Part shown: piece after piece, positions 57,907-64,000 of the stretch
Layout of the letters: the number at the start of each line of letters is the position of its first letter
Numbering within the stretch: position 1 is the stretch's first letter
Source of the DNA: an uncultured Bacteroidales bacterium
GTDB taxonomy: Bacteria; Bacteroidota; Bacteroidia; Bacteroidales; VadinHA17
Assembly: GCA_963746685.1 (NCBI GenBank)
Contig: CAVVBY010000035.1
Coordinates: 71,742 to 135,741, forward strand
Length of the DNA stretch: 64,000 bases
Direction: 5' to 3'
Position numbers and translations under genes: made by a program
The notes under the pieces: model-generated
The model's database searches: none
Seen by the model: the letters and a program-made list of their open reading frames with translations, nothing else
Told to the model about the DNA's origin: nothing

Positions 57907-59425
57907 ATGAAAAAAAACACCTGTTTCAGACTTCTGGCATTAATTTTAATGTTTGGAATTCAATTTAATTTTGTTTTAGCACAAAACCTTACTGAAGTCA
58001 AGGATTCGATCTATTCAGACATACTGAAAGAACAGCGGTCAATCAGAGTATTTCTGCCCGAGACCTATAAACCAGGATCCGGGGAGAAATATGAAACCAT
58101 TTATCTGACCGACGGAGAATGGGCTGCAGGAGTATTCCCGTTCATAAACAATTTCGCAAGAAATGAGAAATTCATTCCTCAGGTTATGCTGGTGGCTTTG
58201 CCAAACAGGTATATCGAGAAAGCAAATCAGCGCGACAGAGATTTATTACCTGTTCATGTTGCTGACAATGCTATTTCAGGAGGTGCTGACAAGTTTCTCT
58301 CCTTTTTAAAAAATGAACTTATCCCGTATATCAACAAAACTTATCCGGCTAATGGAACCAATACACTTTATGGACATTCATACGGAGGATTGTTTTGCAT
58401 GTACGCATTGCTTGCTGAACCCCGAATTGTTTGAATCTTATTTAGCTACTGATCCGTCTTTCTGGTGGAATAAAGATTTTGTGATAAAGCTAGCTTCTGA
58501 AAAACTGGAAAACCTTCCTCCGGACAAGCTCCTATGGATTGCCGGTATAGAATCGACTTATAAGGGCATGGGAATCAATCGGATGGATTCAGTTCTTAAG
58601 CTTAAAGCCCCTATAAGTCTCAAATGGAAGATTGGTCTTTTTCCAAATGAAACCCATAATTCCGTCAGACTTAAAGCAATATATGACGGATTGAAATTCT
58701 CATATTCAGGTTATCCTGGCACACCACCGGTTTATCACCCAATGAATGGCATTCTGTTGAAAGACAAACCGGCAATGATTTATATTATGAATCAGTACTC
58801 CGATCTAAGATATAGTATTGATGGTACTGATCCGGATGAAACATCCCCGAAAGCCGGTCAGAAATTTACAATTACAGGGCCAGCTCAATTAGTATTAAAA
58901 TCATTTTCATCAAGCGGTAAATTTGAAGGTGTGGCAAAAGGTAATTTTGAGCTGGGAGATATGCTTCCATCCCTTTCAAAGCCTAAAAAGGTTTCAGCCG
59001 GAGGATTTAAGTACTCATATTATGAGGGGAGCTGGGAAAAGTTACCTGATTTTAAAGAATTAAAACCTGTCAAGACAGGTGTCACCGACTCTCTCTTTCA
59101 AATTAACAAACTCCCATCAAAAACCAATTTTGCATGTTTGTTTGAAGGTTACATTGAAATAACTTCCGACGGTTATTATCTTTTTGGATTGGGTTCAAAT
59201 GATGGTGCAAAACTATACCTCAGAGACAAGCTTGTAATTGATAATGATGGCCTGAAAAAAGAAGAAAGCACGAAGTCATTTGTCCTGCCTTTGCAAAAAG
59301 GATTTTACCCTATCCGCATTGAATACTTTCAGAAAGATGAAAGTTGCAGCCTTAATCTGGTTTACTTAATTCCGGATGCTGACAATCCAACTAATATTCC
59401 GGCAAAGTACCAGTACCATAAATAA
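57907..59425 (+). CDS. secreted esterase (alpha/beta hydrolase, GHSYGG nucleophile) fused to a C-terminal PA14-like domain; +1 frame change at C4 58420-58423
   Basis: YGHSYGGLFCMYALLAEP / ELFESYLATDPSFWW continues across one extra C. The C-terminal FEGYIEITSDGYYLFGLGSNDGAKLYL region is PA14-like. Confidence 0.75.
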
Positions 59426-59556
59426 AAATAGGTGCTACCGGATATAAGATGATTTGGTTTTCTTTTCTTCTTTAATTAACTTCAACCGGTTAACGATCAG
59501 TAACCTGCTTTGATTTAGTTAAACCTTTCTTTATCGTTCCCTAAAAAATTAAAACC

Positions 59557-59730
59557 ATGAATACAAAATCAATTATCTATTTCGGACTATGTTTAATTTC
59601 TGTAGTTGTTGCACTGATTATCTTCTTCCGCGGTCTTGACATTAAAGCGCTGCTATTTCTGATTTTCGGAGTTGCTTCTGTTTTACTATTCAGGCAGGGA
59701 CTGGCTGAAATGAAAAAGAAAAAAGAATAA
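59557..59730 (+). CDS. small two-TM membrane protein (57 aa), below the ORF-track length cutoff
   Basis: Hand translation gives MNTKSIIYFGLCLISVVVALIIFFRGLDIKALLFLIFGVASVLLFRQGLAEMKKKKE. It has two hydrophobic helices and a basic tail. Confidence 0.45.
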   Translation: MNTKSIIYFGLCLISVVVALIIFFRGLDIKALLFLIFGVASVLLFRQGLAEMKKKKE

Positions 59731-59799
59731 ATGGCAGTTATTATTATTTTGAACAATTTTAAAATAAATTGGTTATCCTTTAAATAAAAATCCACCTCC

Positions 59800-60867
59800 A
59801 TGAAGAAATCGCTATTGGGTTTGGCTGTCCTGACATTTCTAATGTCATATCCCCTTGAATCACAGGGTTTATTGAATAAAGTGAAGAATGCCGTTGCAAA
59901 GGAAATAATCGGATCTGACAAAGATGGAAGCAACAGTAACTCTTCAAAACCCGGACCCGAGCCTGCATGTGCCTGCAATGATGCAAAACTCGTTTTGGAT
60001 CTCGGAAAATATAAAATTACTTATAATGAAATCACTATCTGTACGAAAGATGATGGGAGTATACTGGTTTATGATAAACTTGAAAGCAGGTATTATATTT
60101 CAAAGAATGGAGGATCGGAAGGACCTTACAAGGAGGGAGATCCAAGAATAGTTGGATTTTGCTCAGATAGAGCCGTAAGTAACAGTGATGAAAAAGCCGA
60201 TGCCTGGGTGACAAAATACCCGGAGTTTATTTCCAGGTCGGGTGATAAATACATTATCAAATTCGACGGAAAAAACTATGGCCCATATGCTTTATTAAGC
60301 GATTTTGCTGTTTCAAGAGGCAAAGACAAGTTTGCAGCAATTGTAACCGAGAATCTGGCCGTTACTGAAGATCAGGGCAAGAAAATGGAAGAGGCGATGA
60401 AAAATGCAAAAACCGATCAGGAACGAATGGATATTGCAATGAAAATGAGCCAGCAGATGCAGAATCAGATAATGCAGGGCGGTGGTCCTGGCTCACTGCA
60501 ATCAAAACTGATTTCTAATGTACCAGGGGCTATTTACGATCCGGTAACCTGGATGGGAGGCAGATTGAACGGCTCAGTCAAATTTGATGATTTACTTGTG
60601 ATTGCTCCGGACAAAATTTTGGATATGCAGGGAAAAACTGTAATGAAACTTCCTCAAAACAGTTATAGCACGGAAGGATTGTTTGTCAATACATCCAATA
60701 CGAAATATGCAAGGTATAATTATGGAGCACTGACATTTAGCGACAATACGACTCTGGCTGAAGTATTTAATCCATATATGGTCAAAACTGACGGGAAAGT
60801 ATTTTTGACCTATATGTACTACTCACCCGGGAAAAATGCAATTATGCAATGTTCAATACCATTCTGA
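59800..60867 (+). CDS. hypothetical secreted protein
   Basis: Signal peptide and a Ser/Asn-rich linker. No recognisable domain. Confidence 0.6.
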   Translation: MKKSLLGLAVLTFLMSYPLESQGLLNKVKNAVAKEIIGSDKDGSNSNSSKPGPEPACACNDAKLVLDLGKYKITYNEITICTKDDGSILVYDKLESRYYISKNGGSEGPYKEGDPRIVGFCSDRAVSNSDEKADAWVTKYPEFISRSGDKYIIKFDGKNYGPYALLSDFAVSRGKDKFAAIVTENLAVTEDQGKKMEEAMKNAKTDQERMDIAMKMSQQMQNQIMQGGGPGSLQSKLISNVPGAIYDPVTWMGGRLNGSVKFDDLLVIAPDKILDMQGKTVMKLPQNSYSTEGLFVNTSNTKYARYNYGALTFSDNTTLAEVFNPYMVKTDGKVFLTYMYYSPGKNAIMQCSIPF

Positions 60868-60908
60868 GAATTCGTAACAGTTAAATAATTCCAGTTATAC
60901 GGGAACTT

Positions 60909-61628
60909 GTGTCTGATAAAATAAATTGGAAGAGATTTCCTGTTTTCATTACTATATTCTGTATTGAGTTAATTTTATTTTCGCAGCAGGCAGATTATAA
61001 AAAAATCTTTGGCAGCGACTGGGAAAAAGCAGAAGTATTTGTTTCAGAGAATGAGACATGGATGAAACAACTTTCTGAGAGGTACAATGTTTCATATCCG
61101 GAAGCAATTGCAGTGGTTTTTCCTGAACTGGTAAGGTACTCAGCTCTACGTGATAAAATGGAGATCACACTGTTGAAAGCATTGTACATAAACCTTGGCG
61201 AAGATTATGCAAACTTTTCAATAGGTCAGTTTCAGATGAAACCATCATTTGCTGAATCTATCCACCAGAATGTGCTATTGTTGAAGGGCAGGCTAAGAAA
61301 TCAGTTCAGGGAAAAGATAAGAAACAACGATATCAGAAAGTACAGAGCATCAATTGTTAAGGATCTTGAACAGCCGGAATCGCAGTTTATTTATCTTATT
61401 GCATTTTTAAAGATATGCGGGACTATTTATAACCTGGAGGAAATGAATGAGGACTACAGGTTAAAATTTCTGGCTACAGCATATAATTACAGCTTTCAGA
61501 AGAGCTTTGACGAAGTTGAAAAAATGACCGATAAAAAGTTTTTTTATACAAAGCTCATTAAGGGAGAAAGCTATTCATATGCTGATATTTCAGTTTGCTG
61601 GTTCAGAAATTTTCAAAATAACAAATAG
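60909..61628 (+). CDS. hypothetical protein with N-terminal TM/signal anchor
   Basis: GTG start in the ORF track. The conserved-looking FPELVRYS...ANFSIGQFQMKPSFAE region was not assigned to a family. Confidence 0.55.
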   Translation: MSDKINWKRFPVFITIFCIELILFSQQADYKKIFGSDWEKAEVFVSENETWMKQLSERYNVSYPEAIAVVFPELVRYSALRDKMEITLLKALYINLGEDYANFSIGQFQMKPSFAESIHQNVLLLKGRLRNQFREKIRNNDIRKYRASIVKDLEQPESQFIYLIAFLKICGTIYNLEEMNEDYRLKFLATAYNYSFQKSFDEVEKMTDKKFFYTKLIKGESYSYADISVCWFRNFQNNK

Positions 61629-61803
61629 AGGCTGTATCAAAAGTCCACCACCTCCCCCTGGCACTTCGGCCAGGGTACTCCTCCTCAGTGAGGAGGAGAA
61701 AGTTAATGCATTGTTAATCTTCACTTTCCCCTCCTTTGCAAAGGAGTGGTGTCATGCCCGAAGGGTCATGACGGGGTGGTTAAAACACTTATGATACAGT
61801 CTC
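61628..61803. mobile_element. MITE-like non-autonomous element (about 176 bp) related to the IS1182-family element
   Basis: TIRs gaggctgtatcaaaagt (61628-61644) and the reverse complement of 61787-61803, gagactgtatcataagt. The interior is a chain of perfect small hairpins. It shares gtcatgcccg and gggtcatgacggggtggtt with the 3' end of the IS. Confidence 0.75.
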
Positions 61804-61829
61804 CTACTATATTAATTCCTGTATAAATT

Positions 61830-62513
61830 TTAGAACCTGTATCCAACAGAAAGTCCGAATCCCAAATTCTTTTTTGATGTCGGATCATTGGAAATATCAT
61901 AGCTAGGATTCACTTTCAGCAAACCCATTTGCCCGTTCAGGTGAAGGAATATTCCACTGTAAAATTCATAACCGAATAAAATGTTAACACCGGCATCGGG
62001 GGCCCTGTAATATGCATAAGTAGCTGGTTCTTCAGAGGCATCGGACAGAAACCTGACAGAAAGTTCTGTGGTAATAGTTTCAATTTTGACCCTTTCCTTT
62101 CCCATTATCCCATAAGCTGCATATGGGCCAACGCCAAGAAGAATGTGCCCATCTCCAAGTTGTGGTCTGTAAAGAATATTTAGAGGCATTTCAATATAGG
62201 AAAGTCTGATGGTTCGTATCATATCTTCAAGTAGCTCTTGTTTTGCGCCTTTAGTTATATATGATAAACCTAGTTGGAAAAATAAGTCAGGAGCTAAATT
62301 TAGGCTTGCATTCACCCCAATATGAAAACTAGGAGTTAGATTATAATTGAGCTTATTCCCATTAAAGTCTTTTCCAATAAAACTCTGCATCCCAATCCCT
62401 CCCAATATTCCGAATTGTATTCCTGAATCAATTTTTGTCCTCCTTTTCTGAGCAAATGTCTGAGGAACAAGCACAGTAAAAATCAGTATAAAAGCTAAAA
62501 GTTTTGTTTTCAT
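61830..62513 (-). CDS. outer-membrane beta-barrel protein (OmpW/porin-like small barrel)
   Basis: Signal peptide, alternating beta-strand pattern, and C-terminal ...GLSVGYRF. Confidence 0.75.
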   Translation of the reverse strand: MKTKLLAFILIFTVLVPQTFAQKRRTKIDSGIQFGILGGIGMQSFIGKDFNGNKLNYNLTPSFHIGVNASLNLAPDLFFQLGLSYITKGAKQELLEDMIRTIRLSYIEMPLNILYRPQLGDGHILLGVGPYAAYGIMGKERVKIETITTELSVRFLSDASEEPATYAYYRAPDAGVNILFGYEFYSGIFLHLNGQMGLLKVNPSYDISNDPTSKKNLGFGLSVGYRF

Positions 62514-62742
62514 AATTAATTTAATTTTTTCACTGTATCAAAGTTTTTATTCAATTCACCAGAAATTACCTGCCTGATGTCAGTTGCTGTAAATGTAACA
62601 AACAAAACAGAACTTCAGACACCATATTTAACCGTTTATTCAAAAATTATGCTTAAATTACTAACAATTAAATACTCATGGTAAAAAGATATTAACAACA
62701 TTATTTAATTAATTTCAAATCATTAACTAAACTATTTAGATC

Positions 62743-62946
62743 ATGGCCGTATTAAAAGTAATTGAAATCATGGCATCCTCAGAAAAAAGCTGGGAAGATG
62801 CAGCTGCCTCTGCCGTTAAAACAGCAGGCAAGACCGTAAAGGAAATCCGTTCTGTTTATATCCAGGACATGAGCGCTGTAGTTGCCAAGAACAAGATCAC
62901 GGAATTCCGAGTTACTGCGAAAATTTCATTTGAAGTTCTAAACTAA
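62743..62946 (+). CDS. dodecin family flavin-binding protein
   Basis: 67 aa. KVIEIMASSEKSWEDAAASAVKTAGKTVKEIRSVYI matches the dodecin pattern. Confidence 0.85.
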   Translation: MAVLKVIEIMASSEKSWEDAAASAVKTAGKTVKEIRSVYIQDMSAVVAKNKITEFRVTAKISFEVLN

Positions 62947-62961
62947 ATCGTTAGGACGTTA

Positions 62962-63450
62962 TTGTTAACAGGAAATCCTCATGCAGGGACTAAAATTTCA
63001 TTTATTAAAAACGCTGGTGATAAACTATTTAAATCTGAAGAAAAAAGAGAACAGGAAAAAGCTGACTTAATTACAGCTCATATTAAAAAATTCGGGTTCG
63101 ATACCAGTGACATCCAGGTAAAGGTGGATAATGACAAAGTGACGTTAATGGGCAGTATTGATACAATTGAAAACAAAAACAAGGTTGTCGTAACTGCAGG
63201 CAATGTTGAAGGAATCGCCTCTGTCGACGACTGGCTGGTTGTTAAGAATCCTCCGGTTATAGCTCCGCCTGCTCCTGAAAAACAGTTTTACACAGTTAAA
63301 AAAGGCGATTACCTTTCAAAGATCGCAAAAGAGGTCTATGGGAATGCCAACAAATACAACGTTATTTTTGAGGCAAACAAGCCTATGCTTAAAGATCCAA
63401 ACCTGATTTATCCTGGCCAGGTGCTTGTAATTCCGCCGCTGGATAAATAA
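62962..63450 (+). CDS. kbp: BON + LysM domain protein (Kbp/YgaU-like)
   Basis: Collinear with E. coli Kbp: SFIKNAGDKLF, GIASVDD, and QFYTVKKGDYLSKIAKEVYGNANKYNVIFEANKPMLKDPNLIYPGQVLVIP. The start is uncertain: either the TTG at 62962 or the out-of-frame ATG at 62981. Confidence 0.85.
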   Translation: MLTGNPHAGTKISFIKNAGDKLFKSEEKREQEKADLITAHIKKFGFDTSDIQVKVDNDKVTLMGSIDTIENKNKVVVTAGNVEGIASVDDWLVVKNPPVIAPPAPEKQFYTVKKGDYLSKIAKEVYGNANKYNVIFEANKPMLKDPNLIYPGQVLVIPPLDK

Positions 63451-63475
63451 CTGAGACCCGTCTGTTTCAAATAGT

Positions 63476-63502
63476 AATGGCGCAGCATCATGCTGCGCCA
63501 TT
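63476..63502. terminator. bidirectional hairpin aatggcgcagcat-c-atgctgcgccatt between convergent genes
   Basis: Perfect 13-nt inverted repeat with A/T-rich flanks on both sides. Confidence 0.6.
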
Positions 63503-63532
63503 ATTATTATAGTTTTAGTAACTCCTTATTTT

Positions 63533-63919
63533 TCAAGTATTCTCCGGCTTCTCTGGGTCGTCTGTTTTCTTCTTTAAATTCGCTGCTATATCTTCCAGCT
63601 TATCGGCAGTTTTATCGGCAGCTTTTTTACCGAATTCTTTCATCTTTGCCACTGTATCTTCTGCCTTATCCTCAACTTTGTCAGCAAACTTTTCGAGTTT
63701 TTCTTTCACCCCACTTTCCTTGATTTCTTCAATTTTGTCTTCAACATAATCCTCTGCCTTTTCATAAGTCTCCTTGACTTTCTTAAAGGCTTCGCTACGT
63801 TTAGCATCCTCGACTTTGTCATCAACAAAATCATCGGCTTTACGAAAAAGCTTTTTTGCCTTGTCCAGCAAACTTTCCTTTTTCGGTTTTACTGGTTCCT
63901 GTGTTTTATTTTCTTCCAT
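63533..63919 (-). CDS. highly charged repeat protein (YtxH/LEA-like stress protein)
   Basis: 128 aa, rich in K, E and D, with recurring A/E-D-x-V-x-DK-x-E segments. No TM segment. Confidence 0.6.
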   Translation of the reverse strand: MEENKTQEPVKPKKESLLDKAKKLFRKADDFVDDKVEDAKRSEAFKKVKETYEKAEDYVEDKIEEIKESGVKEKLEKFADKVEDKAEDTVAKMKEFGKKAADKTADKLEDIAANLKKKTDDPEKPENT

Positions 63920-64000
63920 TTGAATAAAGTTTTATAAAAGAAATAATTATAACAATTTCTCAGATTTTAGTTTGAATTATCTATAAAGGTAGCAAAATAT

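Noticed and set aside
59577-59986. Two minus-strand ORFs (133 aa and 68 aa).
   Set aside because: They overlap the plus-strand small membrane ORF and the signal peptide of the 59800 gene. Their sequences look like antisense artefacts.
62532-62543. ctgtatcaaagt upstream of the OMP gene as another MITE end.
   Set aside because: It is only a 12-mer with a one-base difference from the TIR core. A match this short is plausible by chance in 64 kb on two strands.
1-64000. Possible CRISPR arrays, tRNA, rRNA or riboswitches.
   Set aside because: The only tandem repeats are 7-nt units without spacers, or 35-40-nt REP-like units present twice. I saw no cloverleaf-type T-arm motifs, rRNA-like stretches or recognisable riboswitch cores in the intergenic regions. 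This was by eye only, so a small ncRNA could be missed.

Overview
The window looks like a Bacteroidota-type chromosome. Evidence: a T9SS C-terminal sorting domain, GH92/GH38/GH109-like glycosidases, outer-membrane proteins ending in Phe, and TAnnTTTG-type promoter motifs. I support about 50 protein genes, mostly housekeeping and glycan or peptide utilisation. They include thrA-thrC-thrH, ggt, pepD, nnr, two PiT/DUF47 phosphate-transporter pairs, and Tat-exported Gfo/Idh/MocA oxidoreductases paired with DUF1080 proteins. There is also one IS1182-family insertion sequence and one roughly 176-bp MITE related to it. By eye I found no rRNA, tRNA or CRISPR array, and no recognisable defence or toxin system. 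Four things stand out. (1) Degenerate heptanucleotide-periodic arrays sit directly 3' of stop codons, often as G-anchored and C-anchored arms. (2) REP-like 'tgtcatt...aatc' hairpin units occur in two intergenic regions, one with a perfect 25-bp palindrome. (3) A tandemly duplicated oxidoreductase+DUF1080 module has an upstream copy riddled with frameshifts. (4) Frameshifts are very dense window-wide. All eight that I could phase outside that module are +1 shifts, and five of them sit at identifiable short homopolymers. That bias points to sequencing or assembly error at least as much as to biology. All homology calls come from motifs recognised by eye. No searches or computations were run.
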